NCBI GenBank assembly: GCA_965220745.1
Contig: CBDCQT010000003.1
Span: forward strand, 174,653-238,652
Reading direction: 5' to 3'
From: Alphaproteobacteria bacterium
Lineage (GTDB): Bacteria > Pseudomonadota > Alphaproteobacteria > UBA828
DNA length: 64,000 bases
Within the stretch, counting starts at the first letter, position 1. Each line of letters begins with the position of its first letter. Below, piece after piece: positions 39,991 to 49,583 of this stretch. Below the pieces are notes generated by a model. It made no database searches and was not told where the DNA came from. It saw nothing but the letters and a program-made list of their open reading frames with translations. Both the position numbers and the translations under genes were made by a program.

Positions 39991-41001
39991 ATGAAGCGAC
40001 TCCTTTTGGGAACGACGGCGCTCGTAGCCGCTGGTGCTTTCGCGGCCGGTGCGGCGCAGGCTCAGGACATGATGGTGCCGATGGAAGTCGGCGTGGGTGG
40101 CTACTACACCACCGCTCTTGTCGCCAAAGACGTGGACGGTGCCGCGGATGATCGCGGCCACGTCATCCGGCAGAACATGGAGATGCAGTTCAGGGCAGAG
40201 GGGACGCTGGACAACGCCATTACAGCTGGCGTCAGGGTTCGCTTCACCGCCAACGACTACGAACACAGCGACGAGCAGGAAGTCTATTTCAAAGGAGGTT
40301 TCGGCTCCTTGCACATCGGCGCAATCGAGGGCGCCGCGCAGCAGACGGTCATATGGGCACCAGGCTCAAGTGTGCCTATCGGCGGCATCAAGTCGCCCTG
40401 GTTCGGCGGCATCGGCGGCATGTGGAATACGGGCCCGGGAACTGGTGTTGCCATCATGAACGAGGATGCGATCAAGGTCCTCTACTTCTCGCCGAACTTC
40501 AACGGCCTCTCCCTTGCCGCGAGCTACGCGCCTGAGGATACGACAGACTCCTATGGCGGAACGAGCACTGCCGACCCGGGGCAGAACTCGGAACAGGTCT
40601 CTGCCGCCCTCAGCTACACGGTCGACGTCATGGGCGGCAGCTTCAGCGCCAATGTCGGCTACGAGGGCTACACGAACGAGAGCGGTGGTGAGGATCCCGA
40701 GGGCTTGCGTTACGGGGCCTCGATCAGCATCGACCAGATCGCGCTAGGCGGTGCCGTGTACGACAAAGATGTTGGCGGCGTCGCGACGTCGCATTCCGAT
40801 ATCGGCGTGTCCTGGACCGACGGTCCCCTGATGCTGGGCGTTCAGTACGGCGACAACGAGGGTACCGACAGCAACATCGTGGCCTTCAATGCCAACTACA
40901 ATCTCGGACCGGGAATCGATGTCGGGATGCAGATCGGCTCGGGCGAGAGTGGCGCGGACGACTTCACTCAGTTCCTGCTCGGGACCATGTTCAACTTCTA
41001 G
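39991..41001 (+). CDS. Porin 3 (no Shine-Dalgarno upstream)
   Basis: Paralogue; first 40 aa identical to porin 2. Confidence 0.9.
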   Translation: MKRLLLGTTALVAAGAFAAGAAQAQDMMVPMEVGVGGYYTTALVAKDVDGAADDRGHVIRQNMEMQFRAEGTLDNAITAGVRVRFTANDYEHSDEQEVYFKGGFGSLHIGAIEGAAQQTVIWAPGSSVPIGGIKSPWFGGIGGMWNTGPGTGVAIMNEDAIKVLYFSPNFNGLSLAASYAPEDTTDSYGGTSTADPGQNSEQVSAALSYTVDVMGGSFSANVGYEGYTNESGGEDPEGLRYGASISIDQIALGGAVYDKDVGGVATSHSDIGVSWTDGPLMLGVQYGDNEGTDSNIVAFNANYNLGPGIDVGMQIGSGESGADDFTQFLLGTMFNF

Positions 41002-41030
41002 GCGTAAACATCGTCGTCTATGGCTTTGAG

Positions 41031-41058
41031 GGAGCGGCTTCGGCCGCTCCTTCTACTT
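41031..41058 (+). terminator. UUCG hairpin after porin 3
   Basis: GGAGCGGC-TTCG-GCCGCTCC-TTCTACTT. Confidence 0.65.
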
Positions 41059-41108
41059 AAGCTCGTCTTTTGAGGGTTGGCCGTGAGGCGGTCACTAGCA
41101 ATTTGCAT

Positions 41109-41975
41109 ATGAGCGGTATCCTGTGGCTCGCCTCCTACCCCAAGTCGGGCAACACATGGCTGCGCGCCTTTCTGCATAACCTGCTGCGGAATGCGCGCAC
41201 GCCCTTTGACATCAACCGAATGTCCGAGTTGACAGCGGGCGACAGCCAAGCGCACTGGTACGAGCGGTTCGATTCCCGACCGCCGGTGGCGCTGGGCGGG
41301 GAGGATCTTGCGCGCCTCAGGCCCAGGGTGCACGCGCTCATCGCCGAGAGCGCGCCCGATACCGTCATGGTCAAGACCCACAACGCCCTCGTCGAGGCCG
41401 ATGGCGTGCCCATGATCACCCAGTCGCTCACGGTAGGGGCGATCTATGTCGTGCGCAACCCGCTCGACGTGGTCGTCTCCTACGCCCACCACCTGGGCCA
41501 GCCGACTGACGACGTCATCACGCTCATGGAGACTAGGGGATTTCATTCGCCCGCGTCGGCGGACCAGGTGCCCGAGCACCACAGCGACTGGTCCACCCAT
41601 GTCGAGAGTTGGACCGCCAGCTCGCATCCGCGACTCCACGTCGTGCGCTACGAAGACATGAGCCGCCGGCCCGGCCCGACCTTCCGCGCCATTGCGGCCT
41701 TCCTCGGCCTCAAGCCTCCGCGCGAGCGCCTGGAGCGGGCGATGCGGCACTCGTCCTTCCGCTCACTGCGCGCGCAGGAGGACCGCGTCGGCTTTATCGA
41801 GCGCACCCCGTCGCAAGACCGCTTCTTCCGTGCCGGCAAGGTTGGCGGCTGGCGGGAGGTGCTGGACGACACGCAGGTCCGCCGCGTGGTAGAGCGTCAC
41901 CGCACCCAAATGGAGCGCTTCAGCTACTTGCCCTCCGGCTACGAGGGTACGGGTGAACGCAATACCGGCCGATGA
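41109..41975 (+). CDS. PAPS-dependent sulfotransferase (copy 3)
   Basis: Near-identical to copies 1 and 2. Confidence 0.92.
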   Translation: MSGILWLASYPKSGNTWLRAFLHNLLRNARTPFDINRMSELTAGDSQAHWYERFDSRPPVALGGEDLARLRPRVHALIAESAPDTVMVKTHNALVEADGVPMITQSLTVGAIYVVRNPLDVVVSYAHHLGQPTDDVITLMETRGFHSPASADQVPEHHSDWSTHVESWTASSHPRLHVVRYEDMSRRPGPTFRAIAAFLGLKPPRERLERAMRHSSFRSLRAQEDRVGFIERTPSQDRFFRAGKVGGWREVLDDTQVRRVVERHRTQMERFSYLPSGYEGTGERNTGR

Positions 41976-42107
41976 GAAAGGAGGCTGGCTGAGCGCCTGG
42001 TTGATGTTGCTGCTCGGCTCAGAGCGACGGCTCCTGAAGTGCAGTTTTGCTCGCCAACCAATCAATGAGTGACCGACAAGAAGGTGCAACGAAATCCTGC
42101 CTAGAGC

Positions 42108-42387
42108 TCACTCGATCGGGTCGCGTGTCACCAGCTCGGGACAGAGGGAGAAATCCCGGTCGCGCGTGAACAGCGCGTCGACGCCATGCGCGATGCACAC
42201 CGCCGCGATGCGGGCATTGTGGACGACCCTGCCACCACATGTGGACGGCTCGCGATCCGCTCCAGAAACTCAATGAAGTCGTCGATCTCGCCGATCATGT
42301 GGTGCGAGGGTGACCCTGCCCAAGCTATGAACTGGCGCTATGCATGATCGGGCTTGGTCGCCCCATCCTTCCAGATGCGGCGGTTAG
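42108..42387 (-). pseudogene. PIN/VapC toxin remnant
   Basis: Manual translation NRRIWKD... and VHNARIAAVCIAHGVDALFTRDRDFSL; internal stop and frameshift; abuts IS701. Confidence 0.7.
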
Positions 42388-43821
42388 TACTACAGTTGCA
42401 TATTAGTCGATGATGTGATGTCCTCGCTGCGTGATGGACGGGAAGAGGGGGAATGATGAGTATCGCGGCCTGGTCCGGTTCCCTCGTGGAGTGGGAGGGT
42501 GAGCTGTCGTCGCTGAAGGCGCGTCTTGGCCCGGTCTTCGGCCGGCGCGAGCTTCGCGAGACGGGAAGCGCGTTTCTGGATGGCCTCCTGTCGGGGATTG
42601 CGCGCAAGACCGGATGGATGCTGTCGGAGCACGCGGGCTTTGAACGTCCCTGGCGGATCCAGGGCCTCCTGGGCCGAAACCGCTGGGATGCTGACGCGCT
42701 GCGCGACGAGGTGCGTGCCTATGTCGTGGAAGCGCTCGGTTGCGAGGACGGCGTCCTGGTGGTGGACGAGACAGGCTTTCTGAAGAAGGGGCGTCACTCG
42801 GTCGGGGTCGCACGCCAGTACACGGGGACTGCAGGCCGCATCGAGAACAGCCAGGTCGGTGTCTTTCTCGCCTATGCCGGCCGTTTCGGCCAGGCCCTGA
42901 TCGACCGGCGCCTGTACTTGCCGAAGGATTGGGCCTCGGATGAGGCCCGGCGGGCGAAGACGGGCGTCCCGGCCGACCTGACCTTCGCCACCAAGCCCGC
43001 GCTGGCACGGGAGATGGTGGCGCGCGCCCTGGATGCGGGCGTTCCCTGTGCGTGGGTCCTGGCCGATGCGGTCTACGGGTCGGACTTCGGCCTGCGCTCC
43101 ATGCTGGAGGAGCGAGGACAGGCCTACGTGCTGGCGATACGCAGCAACCATCATCTGCGCTTCATCGACGCCGCGGGCTTGATTGAAACGACCCCTGCTC
43201 AGATCGCCGACGGTCTTGACCACGACGCCTGGTCGGCCCATGCCGCCGGCGAGGGCAGCAAGGGTCTGCGGCTCTACCACTGGGCGCGGTTCGCTCTGCC
43301 CTGGGACTGCCCCTCGGGCTGGCAACGCTGGCTCCTGATCCGCCGCTCCCGGAAAGACCCGGAGAAGCGGGCCTACTATCTTGTCTTCTGTCCCGTCGCC
43401 ACGAGCCTTGCCGAGCTGGCAGGCGCCGCCGGTCTGCGCTGGACCATCGAGGAATGCTTTCAGCGGGCCAAGGACGACCTCGGCCTCGATCACTGCGAGG
43501 CCCGCTCCTGGCACGGCTGGCACCGCCACATGAGCCTCGTCATGGCCGCCGCCGCCTTCCTTGCCAAGGTGACTGCCGACATGCGCCGCATGGCATGCCG
43601 CAAACGGAACAAATCGAGTCCAGTCATGGCAACAGCCGTCTCGCCGCCATGAACGCTCTCGTGCCGACAGTGCCGGAGGTCCGCCATCTGCTCGCCAAGC
43701 TCCTTCTCAGGCCGCCGATCTGTGCCGCGTTCGTCATGCAGTGGTCTCTCTGGCGACGAAGACACCAAGCCCGTGCCGCACGAGCCCATTACAAACATCG
43801 CCACAAAACGCAACTGTAGTA
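42388..43821 (+). mobile_element. IS701-family element B
   Basis: IR TACTACAGTTGC; TSD TTAG at 42384-42387 and 43822-43825. Confidence 0.93.
42453..43652 (+). CDS. IS701 transposase (diverged from copy A)
   Basis: Same motifs as 36135-37322. Confidence 0.95.
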   Translation: MMSIAAWSGSLVEWEGELSSLKARLGPVFGRRELRETGSAFLDGLLSGIARKTGWMLSEHAGFERPWRIQGLLGRNRWDADALRDEVRAYVVEALGCEDGVLVVDETGFLKKGRHSVGVARQYTGTAGRIENSQVGVFLAYAGRFGQALIDRRLYLPKDWASDEARRAKTGVPADLTFATKPALAREMVARALDAGVPCAWVLADAVYGSDFGLRSMLEERGQAYVLAIRSNHHLRFIDAAGLIETTPAQIADGLDHDAWSAHAAGEGSKGLRLYHWARFALPWDCPSGWQRWLLIRRSRKDPEKRAYYLVFCPVATSLAELAGAAGLRWTIEECFQRAKDDLGLDHCEARSWHGWHRHMSLVMAAAAFLAKVTADMRRMACRKRNKSSPVMATAVSPP

Positions 43822-43879
43822 TTAGGTTCTGTACTCGTTAATGTATAACATTCTGTTCAAATACTGATTTTCCAGATGT

Positions 43880-44207
43880 GTCTCGGTGAGAAGATGAGCA
43901 CCGAGGCGGCGGGTGAGTACCGCGGGCACGGCGTCGGCGAAGAAAATCCAGACGTGCCCGCCATTGCCCGAGCGGGACCGTTCCAGCGTTGCCTGAACGC
44001 CCTTCGAGCGGCACACGGCGAGAAAGGCTTCAACATCTTTCCGCTACGTTTTCTTGTCGAAGTCGGCGGCCGGGAAGTGGCACGTGCTGTCCGCCATCAT
44101 GGGGTAGACACCGAGCGTGTGGTGGTCACGCAGGTGGTCCACGATTGCCTCGTCGGTGACGGGAAGGAAGGTCTGGTTGGTGCATGAGCCGCACTTGATC
44201 CTGGGCT
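43880..44207 (-). pseudogene. Fragment of the primase-helicase gene
   Basis: ERSRSGNGGHVWIFF; homologous to ~32130-32455 in inverted orientation. Confidence 0.85.
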
Positions 44208-44543
44208 CGCAACCACCGAGAGCGACATTCTCATACTGTGTCAGTCTGAATCAGAGGTGCACATTTGATTCTGCGCGGCTTTCCACAAACCAGCCCCTTG
44301 TAGTTTGGCGAGGTGCATGGGAATCAATAACCGCGTTCACGGTCTTGATGGCGACCGAATGTTCGCTTCGCGGCTGCGTGGGTCGGTTGCCGGGTAGTTG
44401 CATGCTGCCCGCGCTCTTGGGCATCCAACCGCACGAAATCGGCGTGAGGAATCCTGAGCCGTCTGCCCAACAATGGGCGATTATCCCTGGCAGACGGGCT
44501 TTCTGACTGTCGCCATCAAGCCTTCGACGCTAGAGTTCAGAGC

Positions 44544-45086
44544 CTACTCTGGATCGAAGTCACCACATATCACCGTCGCTTGGACCCCCACGCGCTCGAA
44601 CAGCCGTTTGACGGATACCGCGTGATCGGCACCGCAAACGAAGAGTACCGGCCACCCTTCACCGGAGAGAACACGTGCAACCCAGACTCGCTCCCGTACC
44701 TCCCCGCAAAGGAAGTTGAGCGATTCCCGGAATTTCGCTATCTCGCTGTTCTCCTCAGCATGCTTGATAGAAGATGTGATGATGTTGGTATCCGAGAGCG
44801 ACAGGCAGGCCCGTTCCTTCATGCCAAGATCGACGAATTGGACCGAAATATCCTTCGGGGCAATACGTTGGCAAATCGTTCCATTTTCTGCCTCGTCACC
44901 GAGCCTCTCTCGAAGCCCATCGTGGGACATTTCCTCCGCGATGCGTCTAATGCCGTGATCGGACAGTGCTCCCAGAATCACTTGCTTCAGAAGGGAGATG
45001 CGGTCGTCTCCGCATTCCGCGGCCCCGCACTGTAACGGATGGGATGTCCCCAAAATGAACACGGTGGACGTCATGCTGAACTCCAA
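44544..45086 (-). CDS. Hypothetical protein (ILGTSH..IAEE..RE..LFVCGADH; possible TraB/EreA-like fold)
   Basis: Clean ORF with conserved-looking H/E/R/H motifs. Confidence 0.6.
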   Translation of the reverse strand: MEFSMTSTVFILGTSHPLQCGAAECGDDRISLLKQVILGALSDHGIRRIAEEMSHDGLRERLGDEAENGTICQRIAPKDISVQFVDLGMKERACLSLSDTNIITSSIKHAEENSEIAKFRESLNFLCGEVRERVWVARVLSGEGWPVLFVCGADHAVSVKRLFERVGVQATVICGDFDPE

Positions 45087-45363
45087 TGTGTCGCCGGTCG
45101 CCTTTACCTGACGCCGTTGACCACCAACCGATCATGACGACGAGAGCGGCCGCTACTGTACTTCATCCAAGCGCTCTTGCCCCTCAACCAACCTGGGGAC
45201 TGTTGCAAACGCCGAGACTGACATTTGATCGAAATCCGTTCTGATTTACCGTAACTCTCCACATTACCATAGAAAATCATGGGGATTATAGCGAATAGTC
45301 ACATTTTCGCTTGACGCCGCGCCCATCAACCCCTATCTTATAGTCACAACAGAGGGTTGAACG

Positions 45364-46347
45364 ATGGCACGCAAGGCACCGGGAAAATCGCACCGAAGGG
45401 ACTGACCTTCACCGAGGTCGCCGACATGTTCCGCGACGAAGACGCGGCGCGGGAGTGGATCGCAAAGGAGCGCTGGCCGTCCGGCGCGCACTGCCCCAAG
45501 TGCGGCACGACCAACGTGCAGTGCAACATCAAACACAAGACCATGACCCATCGCTGCCGCGAGTGCATGAGCGGCAAGAGCAAGACGATGTTCTCGATCA
45601 AGACCGGCACGGTCATGGAGGGGTCGAACCTGAAATATCGCGCGTGGGCCGTGGGCATCTACCTGTTCACGACCAACATCAAGGGCGTTTCGTCCATGCG
45701 CTTGCATCGGGAGTTGGGCATCAGCCAGAAGGCCGCATGGTTCATGCTGCATCGGCTGCGGCTGGCCTTCGATGCCGAGACGGGGCCGTTCGACGGGCCG
45801 GTGGAAGTGGACGAAACGCACATCGGGGGCGAGCGGAAGAACAAGCCGCTGGCGAAGCGGAAGAAGCTGGAAGGCCGTGGCGCGGTGGACATGACCACCG
45901 TTGCCGGGGCGAAGGATCGCGAGACCAACCGTGTCAGCGCCCGCGTGGTCGAGAACACCGACGCACCGACGCTACAGGGCTTTGTCCACGAGAACGCGAA
46001 GCCGGGCGCCACGGTCTACACGGACGAGGCGAAGGCGTACAAGGGAATGCCGGAGTTCACCCATGAGAGCGTGAACCACAGCGTTTCCGAGTACGTCCGG
46101 GAAATGGCCTCGACCAACGGGATCGAGAGCTTCTGGGCCATGATCAAGCGGCCAGCAGGGCATCTACCACAAGTTCTCGCCCAAGCACCTGGACCGCTAC
46201 GTCACGGAATTCGCGGGGCGGCATAACGACCGCGAGGCCGACAAAATCGACCAAATGGCCGGGATCGTCGCGGGCATGGAAAGCAAGCGGCTGACCTACG
46301 CTGACTTGATCGCGGACAACGGACTGGACTCGGGGGCGCGCTCATGA
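45364..46347 (+). pseudogene. IS1595 transposase with two apparent frameshifts
   Basis: CPKCG..CREC, VEVDET, VYTDE..Y, VNHS, TNGIESFW; MARKAPGKSH start and GIYHKFSPKHLDRYVTEF tail are in other frames. Confidence 0.85.
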
Positions 46348-46760
46348 CCGAGAAAGAGGCTCGCCATGAGGATTGGGTGGAGCTGCGGGCGGGGTGCACA
46401 GAACAAGGCACTTTCGATCTCATCGCGGAGACCGTGGAGCGCGACGTTGAGCGCTTCAACAAGCTCCCTTCAAAGATGCGGAGAGATCGAACATTCAAAT
46501 TCGCGCGGACAGAACCCCAGATTGTCTACGTCGCCCAAGTGAGCGAGTCCGGGGCGTGGATAAGCGGGAGGGCCGGAATAAATATTGAAATGAGGGGAGT
46601 CGCCATTCGAGTGTGGCGCCACGAAGAGTGTCGGTTTGAGATCAAGCAGGAATGGAACGAAGCGACACTGACGTGCGATTTGAAGGTCGAAGGGGAAGTT
46701 CTTTCCGTCTGGCAGATCAGCCAGAAGGCCATCGGAGATTTGCTCTTCGGCTATGGCTGA
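46344..46760 (+). CDS. Hypothetical passenger protein
   Basis: ATGA-coupled to the transposase stop. Confidence 0.65.
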   Translation: MTEKEARHEDWVELRAGCTEQGTFDLIAETVERDVERFNKLPSKMRRDRTFKFARTEPQIVYVAQVSESGAWISGRAGINIEMRGVAIRVWRHEECRFEIKQEWNEATLTCDLKVEGEVLSVWQISQKAIGDLLFGYG

Positions 46761-47133
46761 TCCGAACTGGAGAAACCGGAGATTCAAAGTGAGCAAAAAC
46801 GGAACTGTCCACCGCGCCCCGGAATTTGAGGAAAGGAGCTTTTGGAACAAGCTCGCATCGGCTGCCGGGAAAGCCGGGCGCGAGGTTCTGGAAATCGCTT
46901 TGACCCTCCTCTACGCCCTGCATGACGACGATACTCCGGCGTGGGCGAAGGCAACGATCATCGGCGCCTTGATCTACTTCATCAATCCTGTCGATGCGGT
47001 TCCTGATGTTATCCCTATCGTTGGATACACGGACGACTTGGTTGTGCTGGCCGGGGCGGTTGCAGTAGTCACCGCGCACATCAAACCCGAGCACCGGGAA
47101 AAGGCTCGCGATTGGGTCGAGAGAAACCTGTAG
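46753..47133 (+). CDS. YkvA/DUF1232 family membrane protein
   Basis: TPAWAK..IIGALIYFINPVDAVPDVIPIVGYTDDL. Confidence 0.9.
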   Translation: MADPNWRNRRFKVSKNGTVHRAPEFEERSFWNKLASAAGKAGREVLEIALTLLYALHDDDTPAWAKATIIGALIYFINPVDAVPDVIPIVGYTDDLVVLAGAVAVVTAHIKPEHREKARDWVERNL

Positions 47134-47149
47134 GCGAGAGGATCAGGAC

Positions 47150-47338
47150 ATGACCGACAAGCCGCACAAGCGCCGGAAGCTGCCGGAGCCCAGGACGATC
47201 ACGCTGCCGGATCAGAAGACCTACCAGCCGCCCAAGGCGGAGCGTGAGCGGGAATACGACATGCCGGGGGCGAAGCTGAAGACGGTGCGGCGCGCGTTCT
47301 TCCGCCCGGTCAATGTCCGCCGCGAGGGCTGCGACTGA
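47150..47338 (+). CDS. Small basic hypothetical protein
   Basis: GAGG RBS; YQPPKAERE.EYDMPG. Confidence 0.6.
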   Translation: MTDKPHKRRKLPEPRTITLPDQKTYQPPKAEREREYDMPGAKLKTVRRAFFRPVNVRREGCD

Positions 47339-47416
47339 CCGGCGAAAAGCGGCGGGGTGCCGGTACAGGGCCGGCACCCCGCCTAGAGCGCCCGAATGTC
47401 GAGGCGTGGGGCGCTC

Positions 47417-48007
47417 CTACTGGCAACGCAGCTCCCATTCGGTTGGCAAGTCCCCTTCGTGATCGAGCTTGTTGAGCTCCTTCACGAAGGACTGCGCCGC
47501 TTCGACGGCGGTTTGATCCAAGAAGACGAATATGCGGGAGTCTGCGCCCCCCTCTAGCGGCCTCGCCCCCAAACCCATCGTCTTCCCGCCGTATTCCCCG
47601 ACGATGATGCACCGCTGTTCCTGCGCCGCTTGCCGCTCGTCACATTGCTGATCGAACTTGTGCCGAAGGAGGGGAATCAGCTTCCTGTGGTATTTGTCGA
47701 CATCCAAGCCTTCCGGGAATTCAAGGCCCTCGAAATCCCATCGTTCATAACGGTCTTCAATGTAGGCGATTGAAGAGCGCAGATCGGCGCAATCGCAGGC
47801 CGCTTCTTCATGCCACTTGTCAAGTTCCTCCCGTGTGAAGAACTCCAATGCGTTCTCGTCACCCGCCTCGACCGACGCGATAATGGCGGAGACTTGGACG
47901 CATTCATCGTCAAGATATTGCGGACGCTCTTGCGCCACTGCCGTTTGCACCAACGGCGCGAGCACGGTCAGCCCGCACACCGCAAGCGCCATGACCGTCA
48001 TCTTCAT
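47417..48007 (-). CDS. Exported hypothetical protein
   Basis: AGGAGG RBS, signal peptide AVA-Q. Confidence 0.7.
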   Translation of the reverse strand: MKMTVMALAVCGLTVLAPLVQTAVAQERPQYLDDECVQVSAIIASVEAGDENALEFFTREELDKWHEEAACDCADLRSSIAYIEDRYERWDFEGLEFPEGLDVDKYHRKLIPLLRHKFDQQCDERQAAQEQRCIIVGEYGGKTMGLGARPLEGGADSRIFVFLDQTAVEAAQSFVKELNKLDHEGDLPTEWELRCQ

Positions 48008-48034
48008 GGCGTGCCCTCCTAGAGCCGTCCGACC

Positions 48035-48268
48035 CTACAGACCCATACGGAGCTTGATGAGTTCCCGCGTGAAGAAATCGCACGCGGTGTGGCAATCCTG
48101 TTCGCGCATCTCGAATGTGTCGTCTAGCTCTAAACCGCTGCAGCACCGTACACAGTGCTCGTGAATGATCATCCGTTCGAGTTGCACGCTATCTCTGTCG
48201 TGCGCGCTCGCGCCGGGTGCTGTGAGGATGGCACCGGCCAGCATGCCAGCGATCAGGAAGGCCCGCAT
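48035..48268 (-). CDS. Small exported Cys-containing protein
   Basis: Signal peptide ASA-H; CVRCC and CHTAC. Confidence 0.6.
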   Translation of the reverse strand: MRAFLIAGMLAGAILTAPGASAHDRDSVQLERMIIHEHCVRCCSGLELDDTFEMREQDCHTACDFFTRELIKLRMGL

Positions 48269-48274
48269 GGCTAC

Positions 48275-48460
48275 CTAGCGGCCGCCCTCGAAAACGTCGG
48301 CGGTGCCAGGGCGCGCGCCGTGGCGCATCTTGATCGCTGGCCGCGGCGGCGGCGGCGCGAACCGGCGCAGTAGCTCTTGACGGGCTGCGGTGTCGGTCTC
48401 GGGAACGGTGTTCATGGCCGCGAGAATGTCGTCGCGGCTCGCGTCTTCGGGCAAGTCCAT
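48275..48460 (-). CDS. Small hypothetical protein
   Basis: AAGGAG RBS before MDLPEDASRDD. Confidence 0.5.
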   Translation of the reverse strand: MDLPEDASRDDILAAMNTVPETDTAARQELLRRFAPPPPRPAIKMRHGARPGTADVFEGGR

Positions 48461-48626
48461 GGGGCGGACTCCTTGCGTCAGAGCCCGGCTTGACCGGAAG
48501 CGCCCGCACTGGTAGTCAAGACGCAGCGATGGCGCGGTCGGCCAGAGCCGGGAGTTTTGCAGACGCCCCTTGGGACACCGAATCCCTTGGGGCGTTTCCT
48601 GTTCTACCGCGGCCTGTGGCGCGGCA

Positions 48627-48854
48627 TCAATGCTCGGTCCCGTGCAGCACATCGACGGTCCGCTCGATCTCGGCCGCTAGGCTCGAAGCCTCGCCGGACC
48701 GCAGCGCCAGGTTGACCGGCGCCACGGCCAGACCGCCGGCATCCACGCAGTTCAGCCGCAGCAGCACGATCCGCTCGCCCTCCGCGTTTCTCGCGCCAAG
48801 CACGCGCGCCCCGATAACCGACAAATGATCTTCGACCCGCTCGCCTTCACCCAT
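48627..48854 (-). CDS. Small hypothetical protein
   Basis: AGGAGGAG RBS. Confidence 0.5.
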   Translation of the reverse strand: MGEGERVEDHLSVIGARVLGARNAEGERIVLLRLNCVDAGGLAVAPVNLALRSGEASSLAAEIERTVDVLHGTEH

Positions 48855-49583
48855 GATCCCCGGCTCCTCCTAGAGCCTGAAGCCGCACTGCTCGACCAAG
48901 CGCTTGGCTTCGTCGAAGGCGCGTTGCGCGGGCGTGCGGGCGCGCCCGCGGTGCGGGAGTGCCGCCGCGAGAATGGCCGCCGCTTGATCAAGGGGAACGG
49001 GGCCGATGCCGGCCAAGTGGACGATTGGTGAGTGCATGGCGATCCTTTCCCGGCGGGAAGATCGCCATTGACCATGAGCAACGGTTGCGGCATGATCGTG
49101 AGCGTCCGGCAAGACACCCATAGCGATCTATCGCCGATTGAGGGCCGACCCCGTGTCGGCCCGAAGTCGTTTCAGCCTACCGTGGCCTGAAGCGGGGGGT
49201 CAACGCCGGGTCAAGCGAAAATGTGACTATTCGCTATAATCCCCAAAATCATGCAGCGGCGGCACAATGTCTGCTGCGGCCGATGAGCGGCTCGGGGCGG
49301 GCAGGACTATCCCATTTCGATGTCGTAGCTCGTGTTCTGGTTCCCATCATCCGGCAAGTAATTTCTATTTGTTCAGATGAGGAGAATAATCCAGCTTTCG
49401 CCTCAATCCTGTCCTCTGAGATCACCCTCGACTTAAGACATCTCCGATGCGGACGAGCTGCACCCCCTCCCGTGGCCGCTCGTCGAGACCTTGGCGCGGC
49501 GGATGAAAAGGGCGCACAGGCGGACATCGCGGGCGGCGGCGTCATGCTGAAACTCGGGACCACGGACTTCGCATAGCGATGCT

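Larger units (their letters stand above)
45281..49244 (+). mobile_element. IS1595-family transposon with passenger genes (3964 bp)
   Basis: Perfect 35-bp IR (45281-45315/49210-49244); 8-bp TSD AAAATCAT at 45273-45280 and 49245-49252. Confidence 0.95.

Noticed and set aside
38496-41001. Diversity-generating retroelement as the source of porin variation
   Set aside because: No reverse transcriptase, and differences are not adenine-specific.
36069-43821. Composite transposon formed by the two IS701 elements around the porin pair
   Set aside because: Each IS has its own TSD (CTAG, TTAG) and they are diverged isoforms, indicating independent insertions.
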